Shown here in pieces: positions 9,313-18,370 of a DNA stretch of 64,000 nucleotides (the first letter of the stretch is position 1; every line of letters starts with the position of its first letter). This DNA is from an uncultured Candidatus Saccharibacteria bacterium (GTDB lineage: Bacteria; Patescibacteriota; Doudnabacteria; UBA920), in assembly GCA_964504715.1 (NCBI GenBank), contig CAZDEP010000002.1, positions 21,434 through 85,433 of the forward strand, given 5' to 3'. The notes beneath the pieces are model-generated. The model saw only the letters and a program-made list of their open reading frames with translations, made no database searches and was not told where the DNA came from. A program made the translations under genes and the position numbers.

Positions 9313-9357
9313 AATTTATGTCCTCTTAAGATTTGGGCTATGGGTGTTATTGGCGTA

Positions 9358-10491
9358 TTAATGAATAATATTGTCTTTTAAGCCAGTGCTTACATTAATA
9401 AATTTAAAGACTCGATCATTTTTTAAATATACCAAATCCTCAATTCTGATTCCACCAACGCCGCGGATATACACGCCAGGTTCAATGCTAAAAACCATAT
9501 TATCCCTTAAAATATCTTTCGAGCCTGGGGATAAATTCGGCAATTCATGAATTTCAAGGCCCGTACCGTGGCCTAAGGAATGGATAAAGAATTTGTCTAA
9601 TTTGGCTTCGGCGAGCACATTTACTGAGTGTTGATAAACATCACCGGCCTGTAAGTCGTAATGGGTGTACGGCCGCGCTTCGCGTATCGTTGTACGGCCG
9701 CGCTGCGCGTTGCGCGGGCCTATACGCGCCGCGCCGCCGATTAACGATAAACGCGAATCAATAACCTCCATTGATCCAATATACGCCCTTTCTACCTGGT
9801 TATAAGCTCTCTCTAACCGCGACGGCGCGCGTTTTAAAAATACCGTGCGAGTAAAATCACTGCAATAATTTTTGTACTTAAAACCAAAATCAATTATTAT
9901 CGATTCGCCGGGTTTTAGGCGCTTCGACGATGGAACATGATGCGGAATGGCCGCGTTTGCGCCGCTTGCCACAATTGCGGGGAAAGCCACGTCCTCGGCG
10001 CCGAATTTATACCCGGTATTGGTAATAAACTCCGCCAAACCTCTTTCAGTCCAGGATTTTTTCTTGAGCTGATTTTTTGCCATACCAAAAACTTTTTCCA
10101 CTATCTGCATGGATTTTTTTATTTTGGAAAGTTCGCCGGCATCTTTAATTTGGCGCATTTCATCCACCGGACTTCTGGCCGGCTTAGTCCTTAGCCCTAA
10201 AGCCTTAGCTCTCAAATAAGCCTCTTCCCCGAAAGTAAATCCCCACTCCAAATCCAATTTTTTACCTTTGATATATTTGCCAATATTTTTCAGCCTATCC
10301 GATTTTTTTACCCAATCGATATTCTCCAAACCCGATCCAAATCCCACAACCTCACGCTTTGTGACTAAAAGGTACTCTTCGGCCCTGTAATCAAAAGAAC
10401 GACCTGTTAAATAAAACAGGTTTTCTTTCTTTTTTATAAGGATAGGGTTTTTTAAAGCTGCTTGTATTTTCCTAATCCGTAAATTTTTCAT
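9358..10491 (-). CDS. M24-family Xaa-Pro aminopeptidase / prolidase-like
   Basis: C-terminal HSLGHGTGLEIHE...SIEPGVY...GGIRIEDLV pita-bread motifs; contains a GC-rich in-frame insertion (9667..9739). Confidence 0.8.
   Translation of the reverse strand: MKNLRIRKIQAALKNPILIKKKENLFYLTGRSFDYRAEEYLLVTKREVVGFGSGLENIDWVKKSDRLKNIGKYIKGKKLDLEWGFTFGEEAYLRAKALGLRTKPARSPVDEMRQIKDAGELSKIKKSMQIVEKVFGMAKNQLKKKSWTERGLAEFITNTGYKFGAEDVAFPAIVASGANAAIPHHVPSSKRLKPGESIIIDFGFKYKNYCSDFTRTVFLKRAPSRLERAYNQVERAYIGSMEVIDSRLSLIGGAARIGPRNAQRGRTTIREARPYTHYDLQAGDVYQHSVNVLAEAKLDKFFIHSLGHGTGLEIHELPNLSPGSKDILRDNMVFSIEPGVYIRGVGGIRIEDLVYLKNDRVFKFINVSTGLKDNIIH
9667..9739. repeat. GC-rich (~75% GC) palindromic or direct-repeat insertion inside the M24 peptidase CDS
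   Basis: gtacggccgcgct occurs twice; an inverted partner cggcggcgcggcgcgtat is present. Encodes GGAARIGPRNAQRGRTTIREARPYTH in-frame. Composition differs sharply from the flanking CDS. Confidence 0.5.
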
Positions 10492-10493
10492 TT

Positions 10494-10545
10494 TCTTCTC
10501 TCCCTCCCCTTCTGAGGGGAGGGATTAAGGGAGAGGTTGCGATTA
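10494..10545. repeat. Family-1 palindromic element (copy C), intergenic
   Basis: ttctctccctccccttctgaggggagggattaagggagaggttgcg fills the 51-bp gap between the M24 peptidase start and the DUF559 gene stop. Confidence 0.8.
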
Positions 10546-10926
10546 AACTAAACATGTTTGCTTAATTTTTTCCAATACTCCTTCAATATTTTTATCAACA
10601 TCAATATTCTGGAATCTTAAAACTTTATAACCGGACTTTTCAGCGTATTCCTGTTTTACTTTATCGTGAATTAAGTTAACCGGTTCGCTGTGCTGCCCCC
10701 CGTCTAATTCAATTAATAACATTTTACTTCGGCAACTAAAATCAAAAACATACGAGCCAATTTGGACTTGGCGCTTAAATGGCAACCCGTAAAATCTATT
10801 TGCTCTTAAATATTGCCACAATTTTATTTCCCAAGGATTTTTATTCTTTCTCAAATCTCTGGAATAAGTTAGGTAAGGCTCAGGGATAATGCGGTTCATA
10901 TGCAACCTCTCTGGCCTAAAGGCCAT
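10543..10926 (-). CDS. DUF559-type endonuclease-like domain protein (Vsr/restriction-endonuclease-like fold)
   Basis: WQYLRANRFYGLPFKRQVQIGSYVFDFSCRSKMLLIELDGGQHSE...YKVLRF is typical of DUF559; the likely true start is MNRII at ~10899. Confidence 0.6.
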   Translation of the reverse strand: MAFRPERLHMNRIIPEPYLTYSRDLRKNKNPWEIKLWQYLRANRFYGLPFKRQVQIGSYVFDFSCRSKMLLIELDGGQHSEPVNLIHDKVKQEYAEKSGYKVLRFQNIDVDKNIEGVLEKIKQTCLV

Positions 10927-11000
10927 CTCTCCTCAAAAGGAGAGAGAAAAGCTCTCTCCCTTCGACAAGCTCAGGGTACTCCTCCTATTCTAGGAGGAGA

Positions 11001-12332
11001 TTACTGCACCTGCGACAAAGCTTTACCTATGTATCCGCCGAGCTCCTCCCCTTTCATCCTCACCTGCTCCTTGCTGTCGCGGTTGCGTACGGTAACCGTG
11101 CCGTCTTCGAGGGTTTGAAAATCTACCGTAATGCAAAACGGCGTGCCGATTTCGTCCTGGCTGTAGTAGCGTTTCCCTACGTTGCCGCGGTCGTCCCAGG
11201 CGACATTAAAATCCTTTTGTAAATTGTGATAAATATCTTTGGCTTTTGCCACCAATTCCGGTTTGTTCTTTAAAAGCGGAAAAACCGCAGCCTTGTAAGG
11301 CGCAAGCTTGGGAGGCAAAGCCAAATATACGCGGTCCTCTTCTTCGCGGTAACTCGAGCACAAGACAGCTAAAAAAGTCCGGTTCACGCCCCAGGTCGGC
11401 TCCACACAGTGGGGCAAATACTTTTCATTCGTATGAGGATCGGTATATTCCAAACTTTGGCCTGACATTTTTTGATGCTGGGACAAATCGTAATCGGTGC
11501 GGTAAGCGAGCCCGTATAATTCTTTTTGTCCGAAGGGAAATTTATATTCCGTGTCTACGCTTCGCTTGCTGTAATGCGCCCGGTCAGCTTCCGGAATTTC
11601 CACCAACACCGCGTCTTTTTCTATGCCGATTTCCTTTAGCCATCCTTTTTGCTGCTCCAGCCAATATTCAAACCATTTTTCCCACTCCGACGGATGAATA
11701 AAATATTCTATTTCCATTTGTTCAAACTCGCGCGTGCGGAAAATAAAATTCCCCGGGGTGATTTCGTTTCGAAAAGCAGGGCCGATTTGGGCAATGCCAA
11801 AAGGCACAGTTTTCCTGCTGGTATCCAGGACATTCTTAAAATTTACAAACATTCCCTGGGCGGTCTCCGGCCGAAGATACACCGTGGATTTTTCATCATC
11901 CACGGGGCCCAAGTTCGTCTTAAACATCATATTAAACTGCTTGACTTCGGTAAAATCTTTTTTTCCGCACTTCGCGCACGGTGCGTTCATGTCTATTTGG
12001 TCGGCGCGATAACGTTCGTGGCAATTTTTGCATTCTACCATCGGATCATTAAAAGCATTCACATGGCCGCTTGCCTCCCAAACTTTCGGGTTCATTATTA
12101 AAGCTGCGTCAATCCCCACAACATCTTCCCGAGTTTGCACAAATCGCTTCCACCACAATTGCTTTATATTATTTTTTAACTCCACTCCCAAAGGCCCGTA
12201 GTCCCAAGAGTTGGCCAGGCCGCCGTAAATTTCGCTGCCGGGAAAAACAAAGCCCCGACGCTTGCATAGACTGACTATTTTATCCATCCCGTTAGAAATT
12301 TCATTATCGATTTTCTTTTGTTTATCGGACAT
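11001..12332 (-). CDS. glyQS: Glycine--tRNA ligase (alpha2 homodimeric type)
   Basis: RRGFVFPGSEIYGGLANSWDYGPLGVELKNNIKQ is the hallmark of GlyQS-type class II GlyRS; 443 aa. Confidence 0.85.
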   Translation of the reverse strand: MSDKQKKIDNEISNGMDKIVSLCKRRGFVFPGSEIYGGLANSWDYGPLGVELKNNIKQLWWKRFVQTREDVVGIDAALIMNPKVWEASGHVNAFNDPMVECKNCHERYRADQIDMNAPCAKCGKKDFTEVKQFNMMFKTNLGPVDDEKSTVYLRPETAQGMFVNFKNVLDTSRKTVPFGIAQIGPAFRNEITPGNFIFRTREFEQMEIEYFIHPSEWEKWFEYWLEQQKGWLKEIGIEKDAVLVEIPEADRAHYSKRSVDTEYKFPFGQKELYGLAYRTDYDLSQHQKMSGQSLEYTDPHTNEKYLPHCVEPTWGVNRTFLAVLCSSYREEEDRVYLALPPKLAPYKAAVFPLLKNKPELVAKAKDIYHNLQKDFNVAWDDRGNVGKRYYSQDEIGTPFCITVDFQTLEDGTVTVRNRDSKEQVRMKGEELGGYIGKALSQVQ

Positions 12333-12522
12333 GCTAGTTATATTAATTGTATAACTTTCCCATTTCTAACGGGATCCATCAAGTCATTTTCAGACATTTA
12401 ACGATTTTTTGCCATTGCGAGTAGGACGAAGCAATCTAATTACCAGATCGCCGCGGCCTTTTTTAGCCTCGCGATGACGCACTAATATTTATGTTTATTA
12501 TATCAAAAACCCGTGCTACTTG

Positions 12523-13680
12523 CTACTTACTACCTGCTACTTCCCTATAACTCTTTACCATTTCCCCAAAATAATCGTACTGTATTGCCGTGCGAATTTT
12601 TTGCATTAAGTTCAAATAGAATTTCAGGTTGTGCATTGTTGCCAGGCGAATGGCCAAAGGCTCGCCCGTGGCAAACAGGTGCCGAAGGTAAGACTTGGTG
12701 TGGTTAAGACACAGATAACAGTCACAGGCATTGTCTACGGGCGTAAAGTCTTCCTTATATTTTTCAAGACGAATATCTATAGTACTATAACCTTCTTGCT
12801 GGCCCTTAGCGCTAATATACAACCTCCCATGCCTCGCTTCCCTTGTTGGAATAACACAATCAAAAGTGTCACACCCCCGCGCTGCGGCCTGCACAATATC
12901 AAACGGCGTGCCCACGCCGAGCAAATGTTTGGGAGCGTTTTCAGGTAAATAAGGCATGGCAGCTTCCACGGCTTTCATCATTTCCTCGTGCGGCTCCCCA
13001 ACAGCCACGCCGCCAATGGCAAAACCTTCAAAGCCCAAATTCACCATATCCTGAGCCGATTGTTTACGAAGGTCCGGGAAAGATGCTCCCTGCACAATCC
13101 CCCATAATTTTTGGCCGCGATTTATGGGGTCGCCATCTATAACTATTTTTTGATGTTCTTTAATTGCGCGCTCGGCCCATCTTTTAGTCAGCGCGATTGA
13201 TTCCTTGCTCCGCTCATATTCAAACGGATAGCCCGGAAAATCGTCCAATATTAACGCAATGTCGCTGCCCAAATTTGCCTGGATGTCTACCGATTTTTCC
13301 GGAGATAACACCTCTTGTTTTCCATCAAGGTCAAATTGGAATAAAACTCCCACCTCCATAACTTTACGCATTTTGGATAAAGAAAAAACCTGAAAGCCCC
13401 CGCTGTCGGTAAAAATGGGCCCTTTCCAATTCATAAACTTATGCAGTCCACCGGCTTTGTAAATAAGTGCGTCGCCCGGGCGCTGCCAAAGGTGGTAAGT
13501 GTTGGCCAAAACCATTTCCGCGCCCCAGAATTTCAGCTCTTCGGCCGTTACCGATTTTACCGCACCCTTGGTGCCAATAGGCAAAAACGCCGGCGTATGC
13601 ACATCGCCGTGAGCGGTATGGATAATCCCCGTTCTGGCTTTCAATGACGGGTCGGATTTTAAAATTTCAAAATAGGACAT
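12523..13680 (-). CDS. tgt: Queuine tRNA-ribosyltransferase (tRNA-guanine transglycosylase)
   Basis: MSYFEILKSD...TGIIHTAHGDVHTPAFLPIGT...CDCYLCLNHTKSYLRHL zinc subdomain. Confidence 0.9.
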   Translation of the reverse strand: MSYFEILKSDPSLKARTGIIHTAHGDVHTPAFLPIGTKGAVKSVTAEELKFWGAEMVLANTYHLWQRPGDALIYKAGGLHKFMNWKGPIFTDSGGFQVFSLSKMRKVMEVGVLFQFDLDGKQEVLSPEKSVDIQANLGSDIALILDDFPGYPFEYERSKESIALTKRWAERAIKEHQKIVIDGDPINRGQKLWGIVQGASFPDLRKQSAQDMVNLGFEGFAIGGVAVGEPHEEMMKAVEAAMPYLPENAPKHLLGVGTPFDIVQAAARGCDTFDCVIPTREARHGRLYISAKGQQEGYSTIDIRLEKYKEDFTPVDNACDCYLCLNHTKSYLRHLFATGEPLAIRLATMHNLKFYLNLMQKIRTAIQYDYFGEMVKSYREVAGSK

Positions 13681-13787
13681 CCACTACAGTATAATAGATT
13701 CCCCGCAAAGTATAAAGCTTGCAAAAAAAAAACGAAATATTTTCCCAATCTAAATAATCAGCGCTCCAAAAAAGCATAAAAATAAGA

Positions 13788-13880
13788 ACCCGCACTACTT
13801 GTCGCGAAGGACTTTCATGCGGGTTAAAAAAGCTTATATTAATCAATGGGCATCATTGCGCTGCGCAATGATGCCCATTG
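13788..13880 (-). terminator. Two tandem hairpins downstream of pnp (probable rho-independent terminators)
   Basis: 13844..13880 is a perfect 17-bp-stem palindrome (caatgggcatcattgcg-ctg-cgcaatgatgcccattg). 13788..13826 has an aacccgca/tgcgggtt stem followed on the minus strand by a T-run (cttatttttatgctttttt). Confidence 0.5.
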
Positions 13881-13893
13881 TATCTTCTAACTT

Positions 13894-16173
13894 TTACCTG
13901 TCAAAATTTCTTCTGGGCGGGCGGGAACCATGCCCACCGGGGCCCCTGTGGCCGCCGCCAAATCCGCCCGGCCTCGGGCTTCGGGGCCGGAAGTCGTCGT
14001 GGCTGCCTTGCGCCATTTGTTCAGGCGTGGGCGGAGCCGCAAACGGTTTGTGTGTAAGGTTTATCCTGCCCTGGTCGTCTATTTCCGAAACCTGGACTTT
14101 TAAAGCATCGCCGATTTTAACCACATCTTCCACCCTGCCGACCCGGTAATTTGCGAGCTGCGAGATGTGCACCAAGCCTTCCTTGCCCGGCAAAACTTCC
14201 ACAAAGGCGCCAAAGTCCATTAGCCTGGTAACTTTGCCTTCGTAAATTTCGCCCGGCTCCACTTCCTTAACAATGTTTTGTATCCACTTCACGGCTTTTT
14301 CCGCCATAGCGGCGTCGGTGCCGCAGACCATAACCAGCCCGTCGTCTTCAATGTCTATTTTTAAGCCGCCGCATTCCGCAATAATTTCATTAATAACTTT
14401 TCCGCCCGGCCCAATGACTTCGCGGATTTTGTCGGGCTTTATCCTGAACGAAGTTATGCGCGGCGCGTACTTGGAGAGTTCCGCTCTCGGCGCGGGCAAA
14501 GCTTCTTTCATTTTGCTTATAATGTGAACGCGCGCAGGCTTGGCCTGCTCTAGGGCCTTTGCCAAAATATCGGCGCTTAAGCCTTTAAGCTTCATATCCA
14601 ATTGGAGCGCGGTAACGCCTTCTTCCGAACCCGTAACTTTAAAATCCATATGGCCGTTAAAATCTTCTATGCCCGCAATGTCGGTTAAGACTTTAAAATT
14701 ATTGGGATTGGCTTCGTCCATTACCAAACCCATTGCGCAGCCGCCTATTACTTCCTTTATGGGAACGCCCGCGTCCATTAAAGCCAAGGTGCTGCCGCAG
14801 GTGCTGGCCATTGAGGTGGAACCATTGGAAGACATAATTTCGCTGACCAAACGCATTGTGTAAGGAAAAGTTTCCTGCTCCGGCAAAACCACTTCCACGG
14901 CCCGTTCGGCAAGCATGCCGTGGCCGATTTCGCGCCTCCCCGGGCCCCTTAAAGGAGCTACCTCACCGACGCTGTAACCGGGCATATTATAGTGATGGAT
15001 ATAGCGCTTGGCGCGGCCGTCTGTAGGGTCTTCCATGCCGTCCAGCATTTGCTCGTCGCCCTTACTGCCCAAAGTTACCACAGTCAAAGCCTGGGTTTCT
15101 CCCCTGGTAAACAGCGCACTGCCATGCGTGCGCGGCAAAATTCCGACCTCACAGGCAATGGGGCGGGTTTCGTTAAGCTTGCGGCCGTCCACGCGGCGCT
15201 CTTTTTCCAAAATTTGCTTTTGCTGATATTTCTTTAGAATTTTGTCCACGCAAGCGGCGACGTCCTTTTCAACATTCACACCTGCAATATCCCCAACCGT
15301 GACCTTAACCGCTTCGGTAATTTCTTTTTCCAGTTTGGAAATGTTGGCTTCGCGCTCTTCCTTATTTTTTACGTAAACCGCGGCATCTATTTTATCCTGG
15401 GTTAGCAGCTCCTTAACTTTTTCCATTACCGCGTCGTTGGGTTTGACAATTATTGGCTCGCTCTTAGTCTTGCCAACCTGTTTGGCAAACTCCATTTGGC
15501 ATTTAACCAATTCCCCGAGCGCAGGTTGGGCAAACTTTATGCCTTCCACAATCTCCTCTTCCTTCACCAATTTCGCGCCCATTTCCACCATAATAATATG
15601 TTCGCCGGTGCCGCACACAATCAAATCCATATCGGATTTTTCCTGCTGTTCGTGGGTCGGATTAATCACATACTGGCCGTCCACTTTGCCAACCCTCACG
15701 CCGGCCACGGGGCCATCGTAAGGCACATTGGAAATAGCCAACGCCATGCTTGCGGCATTCACCGCCACCATATCGGGTTCGTTTACGCCGTCTATGGACA
15801 AAACCATTGCCGTTACCTGGACATCATTTCTCATCCCATCCGGAAACAGCGGCCTTAAAGTTCGGTCTATTACCCTACCTTTTAAAATGGCGTCGTCCGT
15901 GGCGCGGCCTTCTCTTTTAATCCAGCGGGAACCTTTTATTTTGCCGGCCGCGTACAACCTTTCTTCGTAGTCCAAAAGCAGAGGGAAAAAATCTATACCC
16001 TCCCTCGCCTTGTCGCTCATTATGGTAGTGGCCAAAACCACGGTGTCGCCCAATCGGGCAAGCACCGCGCCGGAGGCCTGGCCGGCTAATTTGCCGGTTT
16101 CAAAACTAAACTCACCCTCGCCTACTTTGCAGGAAATCTTTTTGCTTTCCATTAAATTTTCCTTTGGTTTCAA
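13894..16173 (-). CDS. pnp: Polyribonucleotide nucleotidyltransferase (PNPase) with a Gly/Arg-rich C-terminal tail
   Basis: Two RNase PH-like domains plus KH and S1 (…GDALKVQVSEIDDQGRINLT); the tail GGFGGGHRGPGGHGSRPPRRNFDR is encoded by a GC-rich palindrome (ccggcctcgggcttcggggccgg). Confidence 0.9.
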   Translation of the reverse strand: MKPKENLMESKKISCKVGEGEFSFETGKLAGQASGAVLARLGDTVVLATTIMSDKAREGIDFFPLLLDYEERLYAAGKIKGSRWIKREGRATDDAILKGRVIDRTLRPLFPDGMRNDVQVTAMVLSIDGVNEPDMVAVNAASMALAISNVPYDGPVAGVRVGKVDGQYVINPTHEQQEKSDMDLIVCGTGEHIIMVEMGAKLVKEEEIVEGIKFAQPALGELVKCQMEFAKQVGKTKSEPIIVKPNDAVMEKVKELLTQDKIDAAVYVKNKEEREANISKLEKEITEAVKVTVGDIAGVNVEKDVAACVDKILKKYQQKQILEKERRVDGRKLNETRPIACEVGILPRTHGSALFTRGETQALTVVTLGSKGDEQMLDGMEDPTDGRAKRYIHHYNMPGYSVGEVAPLRGPGRREIGHGMLAERAVEVVLPEQETFPYTMRLVSEIMSSNGSTSMASTCGSTLALMDAGVPIKEVIGGCAMGLVMDEANPNNFKVLTDIAGIEDFNGHMDFKVTGSEEGVTALQLDMKLKGLSADILAKALEQAKPARVHIISKMKEALPAPRAELSKYAPRITSFRIKPDKIREVIGPGGKVINEIIAECGGLKIDIEDDGLVMVCGTDAAMAEKAVKWIQNIVKEVEPGEIYEGKVTRLMDFGAFVEVLPGKEGLVHISQLANYRVGRVEDVVKIGDALKVQVSEIDDQGRINLTHKPFAAPPTPEQMAQGSHDDFRPRSPRPGGFGGGHRGPGGHGSRPPRRNFDR

Positions 16174-16279
16174 AAGACGGGCAAATGAACGAGACTGTCT
16201 GTATCATCATAAAAGATGAAAGTACAAGTCTGCGCGATATCTACCAGCCTTTTGAAACTTAACTAATTAATTCTGACTT

Positions 16280-16675
16280 TTAATTCTCACTGCCTATTTC
16301 TGCTTCAAAATTGCTTAAGAAAGCCACGGGGTCGGGAGTGGAGCCGAACATAATATGGTCAACGCTGTTCCTCTGGCCGCGGTGCTTTACGCTCTCCACG
16401 CCTTTGGACTGGAACCACTGCTTCCAATAATTACTGAACTTGTTATAACCTTCGCTGCCTTCGGAGCCGTATTTTTCGTAAATGGTCTGGTACTTCAGCA
16501 TGTCGCAATTGTCAATAAAGGCGCTCTTTTCTTCCAAAGTCAAAAACCCGTTCTTACTGTAATTGTCTTTAAGGCTTTTTATGTTGGGATGGTTATATAT
16601 TGCTTTGCAAATTTCCAAAGCAAGCGCGTACCAGTCTTTTTCAAAACTTTCGGCGTCAAAGTGGTTATTCAACAT
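16280..16675 (-). CDS. hypothetical protein (131 aa) inserted between rpsO and pnp
   Basis: ORF overlaps the rpsO 3' end by 11 nt; no recognisable motif. Confidence 0.4.
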   Translation of the reverse strand: MLNNHFDAESFEKDWYALALEICKAIYNHPNIKSLKDNYSKNGFLTLEEKSAFIDNCDMLKYQTIYEKYGSEGSEGYNKFSNYWKQWFQSKGVESVKHRGQRNSVDHIMFGSTPDPVAFLSNFEAEIGSEN

Positions 16676-16997
16676 CTGGTTCTTGTTCTTTTGGTGTGGT
16701 CTTTTTTATGGCCGGAGCTTCCGCAAAAGATGCGACCTTCAATTTTAATTTGTCAACAATTTTTGCGAAACGCTTTTCGTCCTCATTTTTCAAATACCTA
16801 AGCAGCCTTCTGCGGTTGCCCACCATCTTTAAGAGTCCGCGGCGGGAGTGGTTGTCTTTCCTGTGGATCCTTAAATGATCCTGCACCCTGGCCACCTCTT
16901 CGGTTAAAATGGCAATTTGCACTTCCGGGCTGCCGGTGTCGTCTTTATGGGTCCGGAATTTGCGGATTATTTCGTTTTTTTCCTGGGGAGTTAACAT
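16665..16997 (-). CDS. rpsO: 30S ribosomal protein S15 with a ~20-aa C-terminal extension
   Basis: [69 protein letters not shown]. Confidence 0.85.
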   Translation of the reverse strand: MLTPQEKNEIIRKFRTHKDDTGSPEVQIAILTEEVARVQDHLRIHRKDNHSRRGLLKMVGNRRRLLRYLKNEDEKRFAKIVDKLKLKVASFAEAPAIKKTTPKEQEPDVE

Positions 16998-17164
16998 TGC
17001 TTTGTCCGTCTCGATTATAATCGAGACGCCTTCTCTTCACGAAATGAATTGCGGCGCTAGTTCACGGGGGCCGCATTACAGATTCATCCGTGGATTAATT
17101 TATGCATTTATTATAATAGATTTAAGGATTTTTGTAAACCCCGTTAGAAAACCGAGAATGGCGG

Positions 17165-18157
17165 TCACTCTGGGGCTAAAGCCGCCAAATACTCTATAAA
17201 ATTTTCAAAAACATTATACTCGGTGTATTGTTCAAAACTTTTTAGCCCCGGAAAACGGTTGACCTCCAAAATATAAAACTTGCCGTTTTTTTCCAATATG
17301 TCGACTTTGGCCAGTTCCCTGCCCAATGTGCGAGATGCTTTTTCGGCGAGTTTAATAAGCTTTCCATACTTGTCATTGCGAGCCCTGAATGCATCTGAAG
17401 GGCGTGGTAATCTATTCTCATAGATTGCCTCCACCTTCGCTGAAGCTTCGGCGGACAGGTCGGATGCACTCGCAATGACAGAAAAAGAATCAAAATCCAC
17501 CCTTCCGAATTTCTTATTAAATCTAAATCTTAAAATTACCGGCAATGCCTTATACCCGACCGTAATAATTTTATATTCATAATCCGCCTCTATATATTCC
17601 TGCCACATCCATTCGTTTAAAGGATGCCGGCCAATGATATTTTGGAATTTGAAATTTGAAATTTGGGAATTTATGTGAAAAGTGCCTCTGGCCTTTAGTC
17701 CATATACCCACTTTAATATAAAAGTGCTTAGTGCTTCCGCCTTCGCCAAAGCTTTAGCGGACAAGAAGCGCTTGGTGCCAAGTTTAGAACCATAATTCAT
17801 AATTCTTGATTCATACTTCCAAGTTTTAGGGATAAGGAGGCCGGTTTTTTTTAGATTTTTATAGTCTTCCCATTTACCTTTGCCTAAATTGCCTTGGGTT
17901 ATATTTTCATCTACCACCCTGCCGCCCTGGGCTTGAAAGCTTTGGGCAAGCTTTATAATTTTTTCCAAATAATCCGCTTTATCCTTTAAATAGGGATTCC
18001 GAATATATAAAACATCGCCCCCAAGCGTCGTAAGCTGAAAATTGCAGGCGGCAAGATCGGCAATGTCCATAATTCTTAATTCATAATTCTTAATTCTCGC
18101 TTCCAAAGCGAGCCTGTTTGCCGCGTAAGCGCTTTTTGGGGAGATAAGGTAAATCAT
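17165..18157 (-). CDS. ATP-grasp family ligase (RimK/glutathione-synthetase-like)
   Basis: ATP-grasp-like C-terminal half (…YILEVNRFPGLKSFEQ); contains two in-frame family-2 repeats (ARIKNYELRIMD; YESRIMNYGS). Confidence 0.6.
   Translation of the reverse strand: MIYLISPKSAYAANRLALEARIKNYELRIMDIADLAACNFQLTTLGGDVLYIRNPYLKDKADYLEKIIKLAQSFQAQGGRVVDENITQGNLGKGKWEDYKNLKKTGLLIPKTWKYESRIMNYGSKLGTKRFLSAKALAKAEALSTFILKWVYGLKARGTFHINSQISNFKFQNIIGRHPLNEWMWQEYIEADYEYKIITVGYKALPVILRFRFNKKFGRVDFDSFSVIASASDLSAEASAKVEAIYENRLPRPSDAFRARNDKYGKLIKLAEKASRTLGRELAKVDILEKNGKFYILEVNRFPGLKSFEQYTEYNVFENFIEYLAALAPE
17791..17820. repeat. Family-2 repeat, in-frame in the ATP-grasp gene
   Basis: cataattcataattcttgattcatacttcc; encodes WKYESRIMNYG. 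Confidence 0.6.
18068..18097. repeat. Family-2 repeat, in-frame in the ATP-grasp gene (tandem 14-mer)
   Basis: cataattcttaattcataattcttaattc; shares an identical 19-mer (aattatgaattaagaatta, on the reverse complement) with the metG copy; encodes RIKNYELRIMD. Confidence 0.7.
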
Positions 18158-18187
18158 ACCTATAATACTAGCTTATTTTTGCACAAA

Positions 18188-18251
18188 ATTCGAACGTCGC
18201 ACAATGCACAACCTAAAAAACTCAAATGCCCATTGTCGCCATATATTTTGT
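18188..18251. repeat. 'Solo' inverted-repeat pair of the cacaatgcacaa / tttgtgtatttgtg family (empty MITE-like site)
   Basis: cgcacaatgcacaacc (18188..18203) and ttttgtgtatttgtgg (18236..18251) are inverted relative to each other. The same 13-mer tttgtgtatttgt recurs at 41690..41702 flanking the GxxExxY gene. Confidence 0.4.
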
Positions 18252-18370
18252 GTATTTGTGGATAACCTCTCGTGTCGCATAATGTTGTATTGTGTTAAAA
18301 TAGAATTGCCGCATAAAGCTGAACATAATTTCTTGCAGCATTTAAATGGCGGAAATGTTATCCTAAAACC

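Noticed and set aside
12513-12545. gctactt-type direct repeats at the 3' end of tgt and similar ctacctgct at the 3' end of the ABC transporter gene
   Set aside because: They share only a 9-mer and both encode gene C-termini; they are likely coincidental low-complexity sequence.
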